Below are positions 9,182 to 19,170 of a DNA stretch of 64,000 nucleotides, in pieces. Source of the DNA: Dehalococcoidia bacterium (GTDB taxonomy: Bacteria > Chloroflexota > Dehalococcoidia > CAUJGQ01); assembly GCA_035310145.1 (NCBI GenBank), contig DATGEL010000129.1, positions 8,385-72,384 of the forward strand, read 5' to 3'. The translations under genes were made by a program, and so were the position numbers. Positions within the stretch are counted from its first letter, which is position 1, and each line of letters begins with the position of its first letter. The notes under the pieces were generated by a model. The model did not search any database and was not told where the DNA came from. It was given only the letters and a program-made list of their open reading frames with translations.

Positions 9182-10528
9182 TCAGACGTTGGTCATCACG
9201 GCCTTAAGCCGCGCATCGAGCCGCTGCTCGCGCTCCGCCAGGCCCGCCCAGCGCAGCCGCGCGAGGTACTCCGCGATCCACCGCTCACCCAGCTTGTCCA
9301 GCCGGGCGCTGCCGGCCTCCGCCCCGGCGCCATCAGGACGCAACAGACGCGCCAGCGCGTCGCGCAGCGGCTGGTCGCGCTCCAGATCGGAGGCGAGCAT
9401 ACCTTCACCCTTATCGAGGTAGCGCTGAAGCTCCGCGGCCCGGCCCGGCTCGCGCTCCAGCAGGAAGCGCAGGTGGCTAAGCCCGTAGGCCAGGTGCCTC
9501 GCCGCATCCTGCTGCGCCAGGGCGAAGAGCCGGTACTCCGCCGGGCCCGGCGCGCAGGCCGCGCCGATGCGCAGCCAGAGCGCCGTCTGCGCGCCGACCA
9601 GCACGTGCAGCAGCAGCGAAAACTCGGAGAAAACCTGCGCCTCGGCGATCAGCCGCGCGACGTTCCCGGGGCTCTGCCGGCCAAGGCCGCCGCCGTTCGC
9701 CAGCGCCCGCTTGCGAAACGCCTCGACGTGGCGTGCCGCATCGAAGATCTGCGTGGCGAGGAAGAGCTTCACCTCGTGGAAGTCGTAGCTGATGCGGTGC
9801 TCCCAGCCGGCGGGCACGTCCGCCGCCAGCATCTGCCGTTCCGAGATGGAGGTGCAGAGCTGGCAGATCGCGGCTTCATCCTCCGGCGCCAGCTCCGCGA
9901 GGCTCTCCCAGGGCACGTCCGTGGCCGGACTCCAGCGGCGTTGGATCGCCTCCTCGTAGAGCGAGGCGGCGATCGGCGACCAGACTTCGGCCTGCTCGAA
10001 GATCGAGATGCCCATGCCGGGCGTGTCGGCGTTGACCGCGGCGCCGCGCGGGCGCTGCGTAGCGTGGGCGCTGTGCGCGGGGATCACGCCGTAGCTGCCG
10101 ATGTTGATGGCATCGAGCGTGAGTCCGTGCGATCCGACCGGGGCGCGCACGCCCCATTCGGTCGGCGCGGCCAGCCAGCGCAGATCGGCCGAGATGGCGC
10201 CGGCGGCCTGCTCCATCACGCCGCGGCCCGCCGCTGGCTGTACGCGCGAGGCGCCGGCGATCTTCCAGGCGCCGTTGCTCTCCCGCCAGGTGACTTTCAG
10301 CTCGACGTCCTCGTCGGCATGCAGGCGGACGACCAGCACCGTGTCCGCGCCCGCCGCGCGGCGTTCCAGCAGTTCGTGGCTCTGGAGCGTGCCGATGCCG
10401 GCCAGGTTCAGCACGCCTAGCTGCGGCAGCGCCTCGGGCAGCAGTGAGCCAAGCACGGCGGGGATGTCCTGCCGCATAGCTGCCTCGATGAAGGCATCGA
10501 GCGCCGCCTCTGCCGTGGCTGCCGTCAT
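9182..10528 (-). CDS. Ferritin-like four-helix-bundle protein with an N-terminal NTF2-like domain (function unknown)
   Basis: The N-terminus LVVRLHADEDVELKVTWRESNGAWKIAG is NTF2-like. The C-terminal half has two related helices, ATQIFDAARHVEAF and FALAQQDAARHLAYG, reminiscent of AurF/di-iron oxygenase DExRH motifs. Confidence 0.55.
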   Translation of the reverse strand: MTAATAEAALDAFIEAAMRQDIPAVLGSLLPEALPQLGVLNLAGIGTLQSHELLERRAAGADTVLVVRLHADEDVELKVTWRESNGAWKIAGASRVQPAAGRGVMEQAAGAISADLRWLAAPTEWGVRAPVGSHGLTLDAINIGSYGVIPAHSAHATQRPRGAAVNADTPGMGISIFEQAEVWSPIAASLYEEAIQRRWSPATDVPWESLAELAPEDEAAICQLCTSISERQMLAADVPAGWEHRISYDFHEVKLFLATQIFDAARHVEAFRKRALANGGGLGRQSPGNVARLIAEAQVFSEFSLLLHVLVGAQTALWLRIGAACAPGPAEYRLFALAQQDAARHLAYGLSHLRFLLEREPGRAAELQRYLDKGEGMLASDLERDQPLRDALARLLRPDGAGAEAGSARLDKLGERWIAEYLARLRWAGLAEREQRLDARLKAVMTNV

Positions 10529-10706
10529 CGCTTCGCTCCCCCGCTCCGCCCTCCCACGGGAGAGACGCGAAATTGATCATCCCCGTTGCTCTCACGCGCT
10601 GTCAAGCGAGCGGCGGGCCGGCGACGGCGACCCGGCTGCTATACTGAGCCGGATTCCACGTGGTTCGAGATGCCGGCGCACGCAGCCGGAACGAAGCCCG
10701 GCGGGC

Positions 10707-12044
10707 ATGAGCGGTTTCTACGGCGATCTCCTCAAGCTCCTCGTCGTCGTGCTCGTGGAGCTTGTGCACGCCTACTTCGTTGCCAGCGAATACTCGCTCG
10801 TGACCCTGCGCAAGAGCCGCATGGTCAAGCTGGTCGAGGAGGGCAACCGCAGCGCCCGCCTGGTGCTCGACACGCTGAACGACATCCAGGAACTGATCGC
10901 CGCCGTCCAGCTCGGCGTGACGATGACGAGCCTGGCGCTGGGCGCCCTGGCCGAGCCGACGATCGCGACGATGCTGGAACCGGCTTTCGACTTCGTGCCG
11001 CGCGGCTGGGCGCCGGTGACGGCGCACGCGATCGCCCTTATCATCACCTTCGCCCTGATCACCGCACTGGATATCGTCGCGGGCGAGCTTGTGCCCAAGA
11101 CGGTGGCGCTGCAGAGCAGCGAGCGGGTGGCCCTGGCCGTAATCCGGCCGATGCGCCTGTTCATCGCCGTCTTCCGCCCGTTCATCGCCCTGCTCAATGC
11201 CGCAGGCTCGGCCGTGTTGCGAGCCGCGGGTTTCAGGCCGGCCGGCGATGGCACCGAGGCGCATTCGCCGGAGGAGTTGAAGATCATCGTGGCCGCCAGC
11301 ACGCGCGCCGGCGTGCTGGACGCGGAGGAACAGGAGATGCTGTTCGGCGTGCTGGAGTTTTCGGCGCTGAGCGCCCGCCAGGTGATGGTGCCGCGCACCG
11401 AGGTCGTCGGTCTGCCGGTCGAAGCGGGGCGCGATGCGGTATATGAGGCGGTGCGCCGGACGCGGCACACCAAGTATCCCGTGTACCGGCGGACGATCGA
11501 CGACATCATCGGCATCCTCTACGTGCGCGACATGCTCGGCGCCTGGCTCGCCGGCAACGAGGACGTGTTCGACCTGCGCAGGCTGATGCGCCGGCCGCTG
11601 TTCGTGCCGGACAGTATGCATATCGATCAGTTACTCGCCGCGATGAAGCGCGCCGAGGTGCACATCGCCGTCGTCTTCGATGAGTTCGGCGGCACAGCCG
11701 GCATCGTGGCGATGGAGGACATCCTGGAACGGATCGTGGGCGAGGTGCGCGACGAGTTCGAGGTGATCGCGCCCGATATCGTCGAGCTGCCCAATGGCGA
11801 GGCGGAGATCGACGGCACGGTGCTGGTCACCGACGTGAACGAGCGCTTCGGCCTGAAGCTCGACGAGGACGAGGCCGACACGATCGGCGGGCTGATCTTC
11901 TTCAACCTCGGACGCGAGCCGCACGAGGGCGATCTCTTCGCCGGCGACGGCTTCGAGCTGCGCGTGGAGAAAGTCGATCGCCGCCGCATCGACCGCGTGC
12001 GCCTGCTGCGCAGGCCGGGCTCGGCTGCCGCCGGCGCACCCTGA
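10707..12044 (+). CDS. CNNM/HlyC-CorC family transporter (DUF21-CBS pair-CorC_HlyC)
   Basis: The start MSGFYGDLLKLLVVVLVELVHAYFVASEYSLVTLRKSRM is the DUF21 signature. The CBS region and the C-terminal transporter-associated domain are present. I chose ATG 10707 rather than the long track ORF from 10101. Confidence 0.85.
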   Translation: MSGFYGDLLKLLVVVLVELVHAYFVASEYSLVTLRKSRMVKLVEEGNRSARLVLDTLNDIQELIAAVQLGVTMTSLALGALAEPTIATMLEPAFDFVPRGWAPVTAHAIALIITFALITALDIVAGELVPKTVALQSSERVALAVIRPMRLFIAVFRPFIALLNAAGSAVLRAAGFRPAGDGTEAHSPEELKIIVAASTRAGVLDAEEQEMLFGVLEFSALSARQVMVPRTEVVGLPVEAGRDAVYEAVRRTRHTKYPVYRRTIDDIIGILYVRDMLGAWLAGNEDVFDLRRLMRRPLFVPDSMHIDQLLAAMKRAEVHIAVVFDEFGGTAGIVAMEDILERIVGEVRDEFEVIAPDIVELPNGEAEIDGTVLVTDVNERFGLKLDEDEADTIGGLIFFNLGREPHEGDLFAGDGFELRVEKVDRRRIDRVRLLRRPGSAAAGAP

Positions 12045-12103
12045 GCCGTTGCGCTACGCCCACGTACGTTTCACGCTCAACTTCAGTGACGAACGGGAGT
12101 GCA

Positions 12104-13621
12104 ATGACGATGGCGACTCAGCCGCGGACCCTGATCGATCTGCTGGAACGAAGCGACGCCGCCAAGACGGCGGTACTTGCGCCGGAGCGAAACCTTGCCC
12201 TGAGCTATGCCGGGTTGCGCGCTCACGTGGCGGAGGCCGCGGCCGAGCTGCGGCGCCTGGGCGTGCGCCACGGCGATCACGTCGCCTTCATCGGTCCCAA
12301 CGGCCCGGAGTTTCTCTTTGGCTACCTGGGCGCGCTGGAGGCCGGCGCTGCCTGCCAGCCGATCAACCCCCAGCTCAAGCCAGAGGAGATCGACTTCGCC
12401 GTCGAAGACTCTCACGCCGTGCTCACCTTCGCCGTGGCCGGCAGTGAAAGCGCGCTGAGCGGCACCGCCGTGCCGCCCGAGCGCCGCGCCCTGCTGCGCT
12501 TCGCCGGCGGCCATGTATCGATCGAGGGCACGCCGATCGGGCCGCCCCAGCCGGGCGCCGCGATCGATACCAACGACGATGCGCTGCTGCTCTACACCTC
12601 CGGCACCACGAGCCGGCCGAAGGCAGTGCCCCTCACGCACGCCAACCTGCTGACCTCGGCGCGCAACGTCGCCAGTTCCTACCAGCTCACGGAAAACGAT
12701 GTCACGCTCTGCGTGATGCCGCTCTTCCACGTGCACGGACTCGTCGCCAGCACCTTCGCCACGCTGCTCAGCGGCGGCACGATCATCGCGCCGCCGCGCT
12801 TCAGCGCCAGCAGCTTCTGGGACGAGGCGGGCGCGGGCGGCGGCGCGACCTGGTACAGCGCCGTGCCGACGATTCACACGATCCTCTTGAACAACGCTGG
12901 CCCCGCGGACGCGGGCAAGGGCCGGCAGTTCCGCTTCGTGCGCTCCTGCTCATCGGCACTGGCGCCGGCCACGCAGCAGCGCTACGAGGCGCTGTTCGAG
13001 GTGCCGGTGCTGCAGGCCTACGGCATGACCGAGGCCGCGCACCAGATCGCGACCAACCCGCTGCCGCCGGCGCAGCGCAAGGAAAACTCCGTGGGCCTGC
13101 CTTATGGCGTAGAGGTCACAGTGCTGGACGACGCCGGCAAGGAGCTGCCGCGCGGTTCAGAGGGCGAGGTCAGCCTGCGCGGCCCGAACGTGACGCGCGG
13201 CTACCTGGCCAATCCCGCGGCCAACGCTGCTGCCTTCACCAACGGCTGGTTCCGTACCGGCGACAACGGCTATCTGGATGCCGACGGGTACGTCTTCCTC
13301 TCCGGCCGGATCAAGGAGCTGATCAACCGCGGCGGCGAGAAGATCTCGCCCCACGAGGTCGATGCGGCGCTGCTCAGCCATCCGGCCGTGCAGGAAGCCG
13401 TGGCCATCGCCGTGCCGCACCCGATCTACGGCGAGGAGGTGGAGGCCGTCGTCGCGCTCAAGCCGGGAATGGAGGTGAGCGAGGCGCAGCTGATCGCGCA
13501 CGCGGGCGAGCACATCGCGCGCTTCAAGGTGCCGAAAGCGATCCGCTTCGTGCCCACCGTGCCACGCTCGGCCACGGGCAAGATCCAACGCCGGCGGCTG
13601 CTTGAGCTACTGGAAGCGTAG
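12104..13621 (+). CDS. AMP-dependent acyl-CoA synthetase/ligase (adenylate-forming, class I)
   Basis: Motifs LLYTSGTTSRPKAV (A3), YGMTEA, WFRTGDNGYLDADGYVFLSGRIKELINRGGEKI and ATGKIQRR. The substrate is not assignable. Confidence 0.85.
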   Translation: MTMATQPRTLIDLLERSDAAKTAVLAPERNLALSYAGLRAHVAEAAAELRRLGVRHGDHVAFIGPNGPEFLFGYLGALEAGAACQPINPQLKPEEIDFAVEDSHAVLTFAVAGSESALSGTAVPPERRALLRFAGGHVSIEGTPIGPPQPGAAIDTNDDALLLYTSGTTSRPKAVPLTHANLLTSARNVASSYQLTENDVTLCVMPLFHVHGLVASTFATLLSGGTIIAPPRFSASSFWDEAGAGGGATWYSAVPTIHTILLNNAGPADAGKGRQFRFVRSCSSALAPATQQRYEALFEVPVLQAYGMTEAAHQIATNPLPPAQRKENSVGLPYGVEVTVLDDAGKELPRGSEGEVSLRGPNVTRGYLANPAANAAAFTNGWFRTGDNGYLDADGYVFLSGRIKELINRGGEKISPHEVDAALLSHPAVQEAVAIAVPHPIYGEEVEAVVALKPGMEVSEAQLIAHAGEHIARFKVPKAIRFVPTVPRSATGKIQRRRLLELLEA

Positions 13622-13627
13622 GCGCGC

Positions 13628-14362
13628 TCAACCGGGAAGACTTCGCCGCCGCGTCGCCGCCAGCCGCACCAGCAGGAAGCCGGCCACGAAGCCGCCGATG
13701 TGGGCCGCGTAGGCCACGCCACCGTTGCCGCCGGTGGCGTTGGCCGTGGGCGCCAGGCTGATCAGTTGCGTGACGAACCAGACGATCATGACCAGCCAGG
13801 CGGGCACGCGGGTGAAAAACGGGATGATCACGATCGGAATGATGACTGAGACGGCGGCGCCTGGATAGAGCACGAGATAGCTGCCCAGCACGCCGGCGAT
13901 CGCGCCGCTGGCGCCGACCAGCGGCCCCAGCGCGTTGCGTGTAAAGAACACCTGCGTGAGTGCCGCGATCACGCCGCAGAGCAGGTAGAAGAGCAGGTAG
14001 CGCACGTGGCCCAGTGCGTCCTCCACGTTATCGCCGAAGACCCAGAGAAAGATCATGTTGCCGAGGATGTGCAGCCAGCCCGCGTGAATGAACTGCGAGG
14101 TGATCAGCCGCTCCAGCACCCGCCAGTCGTGCGATCCGGGCGCGCTGAGAAAGTCCGCTAACTGGTGCGGGATCAGTCCCCAGCGCTCGATCCAGACGTC
14201 GCGCGGCGGCGGTGAGACGTGGACGAAGCCGCGCACGATCCCGGCCTGCGGATGCGTGCTCAGCGTCAGCTCGTAGAAGAAGGCGACGAAGTTGATGGCG
14301 ATCAACCCGTAGTTGACCCAGGGAACGGTGCGCGTGCGCAGGCGGTCGCCGATCGGGATCAC
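13628..14362 (-). CDS. Rhomboid family intramembrane serine protease
   Basis: Motifs HAGWLHILGNMIFLWVFG (HxxxN) and GASGAIAGVLGSY (GxSG), with multiple TM segments. Its start overlaps the cobU stop by 4 nt. Confidence 0.85.
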   Translation of the reverse strand: MIPIGDRLRTRTVPWVNYGLIAINFVAFFYELTLSTHPQAGIVRGFVHVSPPPRDVWIERWGLIPHQLADFLSAPGSHDWRVLERLITSQFIHAGWLHILGNMIFLWVFGDNVEDALGHVRYLLFYLLCGVIAALTQVFFTRNALGPLVGASGAIAGVLGSYLVLYPGAAVSVIIPIVIIPFFTRVPAWLVMIVWFVTQLISLAPTANATGGNGGVAYAAHIGGFVAGFLLVRLAATRRRSLPG

Positions 14363-14958
14363 AGCCGCGCCTCTCCCGCGGGGCCGGCGAGCCGGCGGAG
14401 ATCCACGGCGATGCCCGCGACGACGAGCAGGACGCGCGTGGCCGAGTCCGCAACGAGCTGGTTCGCACGGCCCAGCACGTCGCGGTAGAGCCGGCCGAGC
14501 GCGTACGGCGGCACCACTCCGCTGCCCACCTCATTGCTGACGATGATCGTCAAGCCCTCGCGCGCCGCGGCCCAGGCCAGCAGGCGCTCGAGTTTCGCCA
14601 GCAGATCGCTCTCGCACGCTCGCGCCCGCTCGGCAGGAAGCGTCTCGCCAGTCGTGCTATTCCCAAGCAGCCGCAGCAGCTCGTTGCTCAGCCAAATGGA
14701 GAGACAGTCGATCAGCACACAAGCGGCCAGGGCCGTCTCGTGAGGCAGCCTGAGCTCGAGGTCGTACGGCGCTTCGACCGTCTGCCAGTGCTTTGGCCGC
14801 ACGGCCCGATGGCGGGCGATGCGCTCCGCCATCTCCTCGTCCCCTGTGACGGCGGTGGCGAAGTAGCAGACCGGCGCGCCGGCAGCCGCCGCCAGTCCTT
14901 CCGCGTGCCGGCTCTTGCCGCTGCGGGCGCCGCCCAGCACGAGCACGATCTCGCCCAT
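14359..14958 (-). CDS. cobU: Adenosylcobinamide kinase / adenosylcobinamide-phosphate guanylyltransferase
   Basis: IVLVLGGARSGKSRHAE P-loop, CobU/CobP-like length and layout. Confidence 0.9.
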   Translation of the reverse strand: MGEIVLVLGGARSGKSRHAEGLAAAAGAPVCYFATAVTGDEEMAERIARHRAVRPKHWQTVEAPYDLELRLPHETALAACVLIDCLSIWLSNELLRLLGNSTTGETLPAERARACESDLLAKLERLLAWAAAREGLTIIVSNEVGSGVVPPYALGRLYRDVLGRANQLVADSATRVLLVVAGIAVDLRRLAGPAGEARL

Positions 14959-16469
14959 CAGCCGAGCCGCAGCAGGCGGTGCACGAGGCGCATATCCAGC
15001 GCGGCGGCAACGTGGTCCGCCAGCCGGTTATAGGCCGCGCGGCGATCCCAGACCGAAGGCGCGAAGGCCTCCGCCTCGCCGGCGCCGGACAACGAGCGCA
15101 GCAGCGTGGCGCGCAGGTTGTCGTTGTCGAAGAGGCCGTGCAGGTAGGTGCCGAACACGTTGCCCGCCGCGTTCACCGCTCCGTCCGCGTCGTCGCAGGG
15201 CACGCCCGAGCGTGAGCGGATGTGCAGCGCCGGCACGGCGCTGCGCGACTGGCCCATGTGGATCTCGTAGCCGCCGACTTCCGCCCCGTTCAGCAGGGCG
15301 AAGAGGCCGTGATCGCAGCTCAGCGTTGCGCGGACGCGGTGCGTCGCCTTCGCCGGCTCGAACTCGGTGACCGCGGGCAGCAGAGCGAGGCCAGGCGCCT
15401 CGCCCGCTTCCGACTCGACCCGCCCCGGATCGAGCACGCGTTCGCCCAGCATCTGGTAGCCGCCGCAGATGCCGATCACCGCGCCGCCCGCTTCGGCGTG
15501 GGCCAGCACGGCGGCGGCCAGCCCGCTGCGCCGCAGCCAGTCCAGATCGGCGATCGTCGATTTCGTGCCGGGCAGCACGAGGAGGTTCGGCGTGCCGAAC
15601 GCGCTGACCTCGGAGACGAAGCGCACCGAAACACCGGTTTCGGCGGCGAGCGGGTCGAGGTCGTCAAAGTTGGCGATGCGCGGGAACCGGATGACCGCAA
15701 CATCGAGCGCGGCGCGTTTCTGCTCTCGCCGGCCCTCCAGCGCCACCGCATCCTCGTCGGCCACGCCGACGCCGTCGAGCCAGGGCACCACGCCGGCAAC
15801 GGGCAGACCCGTGCGCCGCTCAAGCCAGGCGACGCCCGGTTGCAGCAGCTCGGCGCTGCCGCGGAACTTGTTGATTACCAGCCCTTGCACCAGTTCGCGC
15901 TCCTCCGGCTCCAGCAGCGCCAGCGTGCCGACCAGGTGGGCGAAGACGCCGCCGCGGTCGATGTCGCCCACGAGCAGCACCGGCGCCTGCGCATGCCTCG
16001 CCACGCGCATGTTGACGATGTCGCCGGCGCGCAGGTTGATCTCGGCCGGGCTGCCCGCGCCCTCGATCAGCACGACGTCAAAATCCGCCCGCAACCGTGC
16101 CAGCGACTCGGTCACGACCGGCCACAGCTCCTGCTTGCGTGTGAGAAAATCGTGACCGTGCAGCACGCCGCACGGCCGGCCCAGCACCACGACCTGCGAG
16201 CGATGGTCGGCCTCGGGCTTGAGCAAGATCGGGTTCATCTCCGCCAGGGGCTCGATGCCCGCCGCCTCTGCCTGCACCGCCTGCGCCCGCCCCAGCTCGC
16301 GGCCATCCGCCGTGACGAACGAGTTGTTCGACATGTTCTGCGCTTTGAACGGCGCCACGCGCAGCCCTTCGCGTGCCAGGATGCGGCAGAGCGCCGCCGT
16401 CAGCAGGCTCTTGCCGACGGAGGAGGCCGTGCCTTGCAGCATCAGGACACTGCCCGGCTCGGCGCTCAT
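14958..16469 (-). CDS. cobQ: Cobyric acid synthase
   Basis: LMLQGTASSVGKSLLTAALCRILAREGLRVAPFKAQNMSNNSF, plus a C-terminal glutamine amidotransferase domain (GICGGYQMLG). Confidence 0.92.
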   Translation of the reverse strand: MSAEPGSVLMLQGTASSVGKSLLTAALCRILAREGLRVAPFKAQNMSNNSFVTADGRELGRAQAVQAEAAGIEPLAEMNPILLKPEADHRSQVVVLGRPCGVLHGHDFLTRKQELWPVVTESLARLRADFDVVLIEGAGSPAEINLRAGDIVNMRVARHAQAPVLLVGDIDRGGVFAHLVGTLALLEPEERELVQGLVINKFRGSAELLQPGVAWLERRTGLPVAGVVPWLDGVGVADEDAVALEGRREQKRAALDVAVIRFPRIANFDDLDPLAAETGVSVRFVSEVSAFGTPNLLVLPGTKSTIADLDWLRRSGLAAAVLAHAEAGGAVIGICGGYQMLGERVLDPGRVESEAGEAPGLALLPAVTEFEPAKATHRVRATLSCDHGLFALLNGAEVGGYEIHMGQSRSAVPALHIRSRSGVPCDDADGAVNAAGNVFGTYLHGLFDNDNLRATLLRSLSGAGEAEAFAPSVWDRRAAYNRLADHVAAALDMRLVHRLLRLG

Positions 16470-17098
16470 GGCTGCGCCTTGCGGGTGCGCGGCGCGGTGT
16501 GGGCGCAGTCGTTGACCAGTGTCACGATCGGCCGCTCGCCATGGAATTCGACAATGCTCAGGCTGCAGTTGCCCGTGGCGATGCGGAACATGCTGCCCGC
16601 CGGCATGCCGAGCACGTGTGAGAGCAGCAGTTGCAGGGTGCCGCCGTGCGCCGTGATCAGCACCGTTTCGTCCGGGTGGCGGCCGACGATCGCGATCGCG
16701 CTCTCCACGACGCGCTGCTGTGCCTCGGTGAAGGGCTCGCCGCCCGGCGCGCAGAAGGACTCGTCAAAGGAGCGGAGCCGCGTCCACTCGTTCGGCCAGC
16801 GCTCGCGGATCTCGTCGAAGGTCCGCCCTTCCCACTCGCCGAAGGAGATTTCGCGCAGTCCCTCGTCGGGTGTGACCGCGATGCCTCGCCCCGCCAACGC
16901 AATCTCCGCCGTCTGCCGCGCCCGCAGCAGCGGGCTGGCGTAGGCCGCGTCGATCTCAAACCCGCGCAGGCGCCGGCCGAGCGCCTTCGCCTGACGCCGG
17001 CCCAGCGCCGTGAGCGCCACGTCGCTGCGGCCGGAGAAGCGGCGCGCGGCGTTGGCGACGGTTTCGCCGTGCCGGGTCAGCAGCAGCCGGGTTGCCAC
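16466..17098 (-). CDS. cobC: Histidine phosphatase family protein, probable alpha-ribazole phosphatase
   Basis: LLLTRHGET motif and position inside the cob operon. Confidence 0.8.
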   Translation of the reverse strand: MATRLLLTRHGETVANAARRFSGRSDVALTALGRRQAKALGRRLRGFEIDAAYASPLLRARQTAEIALAGRGIAVTPDEGLREISFGEWEGRTFDEIRERWPNEWTRLRSFDESFCAPGGEPFTEAQQRVVESAIAIVGRHPDETVLITAHGGTLQLLLSHVLGMPAGSMFRIATGNCSLSIVEFHGERPIVTLVNDCAHTAPRTRKAQP

Positions 17099-17110
17099 AC
17101 TCGTGCTCCC

Positions 17111-18214
17111 TTATGTCAAGCTATCCACGGCCAGGCGCCCGCCGGTCGGTTCGTGCAGTTCGGCGAGTGCCCGCGGCAGCGCGGCCAGCAGCTTACGGCA
17201 ATCCTGCGTGCCGCGTACGCCGATACGGATGTATTCGGGCAGGCCGAAGGAGGTGCAGTCGCGTACGGCAAAGCCGCGCCGCAGCAACGCCAGGCGCAGC
17301 TTTGTGGCATCGCCGACCTGAACCAGCACGAAGTTGGCGGCGCCCGCGTGCAAAGCCAGCCCCAGTTCGTCGAGGCCGGTGGTAAGCACCTCTTTGCCTT
17401 CGCGCACGGCGGCGCGCATGCGCGGCAGATAGGCGTCGTCGGCCAGCGCCGCGCGTCCGGCCGCCTGCGCGGGCGCGTTCACGCTCCACGCCGGCTGCAG
17501 GCGGCGCACGGCGCCGATCACGTCGGGATGCGCCACCAGGTAGCCGAGCCGCAGTCCCGCCAGGCCGTAGTCCTTGGTCAGCGAGCGCAGCACGATCACT
17601 CGGCCGCTTTCGACCAGGTCGAGGGCGTTCCACGGCTCGTCCAGGAAGCCGACGTAGGCTTCGTCCAGCAGCAGCGGCCCGCCGGTGAGCGCCGCGGCCA
17701 GCGTGCGTACTTCGTCTTTGCCGAGATAGACGCCGGTGGGATTGTTGGGATTGCAGACGAACACCAGCGGCGGGCTGACGCGGCGCAACACGTCCGGCTT
17801 GTTCTTCAGGTTCCAGCGGAAGCCGCGCAGGGCCGAGGCCTGCCAGGGATAGAGCGATCCCCCGGCCAGCTCCGTGGCGACCGCGTACTCGCCGAAGGTC
17901 GGCGCCAGCGCCACGGGTCGCTGCCCGCGATGCACGAAGACACGCGCTAGCAGTTGGATGAGCTCGGTCGATCCGTTGCCGACGAGAACGCGGTCGGCCG
18001 GGACATCCAGCCGGGCGGCGAGGTCCGCGACCAGCGACGTGCAGTCGGGATCCGGGTAGGCCGCGAGGTCGACGGCTTCGATCGCGTCGCGCACGCCGGC
18101 CGGCGGGCCGATCGGGCTGACATTGACGCTGAAATCGATAATTTCAGCGCCGGCCACGCCGAGCGCCGCCAGCTCAGCCGGGCGCAGGCCACCGTGCGCC
18201 TGCACGTTTGTCAT
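17111..18214 (-). CDS. cobD: Threonine-phosphate decarboxylase (class I/II aminotransferase fold)
   Basis: HisC/CobD-like aminotransferase sequence (NPNNPTG, SLTKDYGLAGLRLGY). The ATG at 18214 overlaps the cbiB stop (ATGA). The N-terminal 120 aa of the track ORF is an Arg-rich read-through. Confidence 0.8.
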   Translation of the reverse strand: MTNVQAHGGLRPAELAALGVAGAEIIDFSVNVSPIGPPAGVRDAIEAVDLAAYPDPDCTSLVADLAARLDVPADRVLVGNGSTELIQLLARVFVHRGQRPVALAPTFGEYAVATELAGGSLYPWQASALRGFRWNLKNKPDVLRRVSPPLVFVCNPNNPTGVYLGKDEVRTLAAALTGGPLLLDEAYVGFLDEPWNALDLVESGRVIVLRSLTKDYGLAGLRLGYLVAHPDVIGAVRRLQPAWSVNAPAQAAGRAALADDAYLPRMRAAVREGKEVLTTGLDELGLALHAGAANFVLVQVGDATKLRLALLRRGFAVRDCTSFGLPEYIRIGVRGTQDCRKLLAALPRALAELHEPTGGRLAVDSLT

Positions 18215-19170
18215 CGCCGCAGCCGGGCGACAGCCGCCGCCAGTCCGGCGCAGCTGAGGGCCGCGCCCGCGGCGGCTAAGCCGGTCAACCGTCGGGCGCG
18301 CGCGATGTCGCCCGTTCGCGGCGTGGGCGCCGCGGCGTTCAACACGTAGTGCCCCGCTTTCTCCAGGCGCACGCCGAGCGCGCCGGCCAACGCGGCCATC
18401 GTCCAGCCGGCGTTGGGGCTGGCGGTGCCGCTCCGGTCGCGCCGCACCGCCTCGAATGCGCCCGCTGGCGAACCGCCGGCTAACGGCGCCACCGCGCAGA
18501 TCAGTAGCGCGCTCACGCGGGCGGGAAGGAGATTCACGGCATCGTCCAGGCGGGCGGCCGCCTTGCCGAGCCACTCGTAGCGCCCGCGATACCCGAACAT
18601 GCTATCAAGCGTGTTGATCGTGCGGTAGGCGTAGGCGCCTGGCAGGCCGCACAGCGCGAAGGCGGCGAGCGGCGCCGCCACGCTGTCGGTAAGATTTTCG
18701 GCCAGCGATTCGATCGCAGCGGACGCGATCAGCCCTTCGTCGAGCTTCGCGGTGTCCCGGCTGACCAGCGAGCGCAGCTCGGCGCGGGCCAAGGCCAGGT
18801 CGCCCTGCCGCAATGCACCCTCGACCGCGCTGCCGGCGCGGAGGAGACCGCGTAGGGCGAAGGCCGGCATGAGTGCGGCGCCGACTACCAGCACCCGCGT
18901 CTCCGGGCGCAGGCGTGCTGTCCCGCGCTGCGTCGCGATTCCCGCGGCAGCGGCCAGTGCCGAAAGCGCCAGCGCCATACCGAACCCGTATGCAAGCTGC
19001 GCGGCCGGCCGACGCGGCGCGCCTCGTTCGGCCGCATCCGCCAGTTTTCCCAGCCAGACGACCGGATGCAGCGCCGCGGGCGGCTCGCCCAGTACCGCAT
19101 CAAGCGCCAGCGCCACGCCGATCGCCGCGGCCGCCTCCAGTCCGCGCTTGCGCGAGTCCACTACAGCCAC
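18211..19170 (-). CDS. cbiB: Adenosylcobinamide-phosphate synthase
   Basis: CbiB-like membrane protein (GEPPAALHPVVWLGKL, NAGWTMAALAGALGVRL). GTG 19170 was chosen and the start is uncertain. Confidence 0.85.
   Translation of the reverse strand: MAVVDSRKRGLEAAAAIGVALALDAVLGEPPAALHPVVWLGKLADAAERGAPRRPAAQLAYGFGMALALSALAAAAGIATQRGTARLRPETRVLVVGAALMPAFALRGLLRAGSAVEGALRQGDLALARAELRSLVSRDTAKLDEGLIASAAIESLAENLTDSVAAPLAAFALCGLPGAYAYRTINTLDSMFGYRGRYEWLGKAAARLDDAVNLLPARVSALLICAVAPLAGGSPAGAFEAVRRDRSGTASPNAGWTMAALAGALGVRLEKAGHYVLNAAAPTPRTGDIARARRLTGLAAAGAALSCAGLAAAVARLRR

Noticed and set aside
17111-18574. The 487-aa version of the cobD ORF and the 381-aa version of cbiB (18211-19356).
   Set aside because: The N-terminal extensions overlap the upstream genes and are Arg-rich. 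Internal starts give ATGA/GTG overlaps and normal protein lengths.
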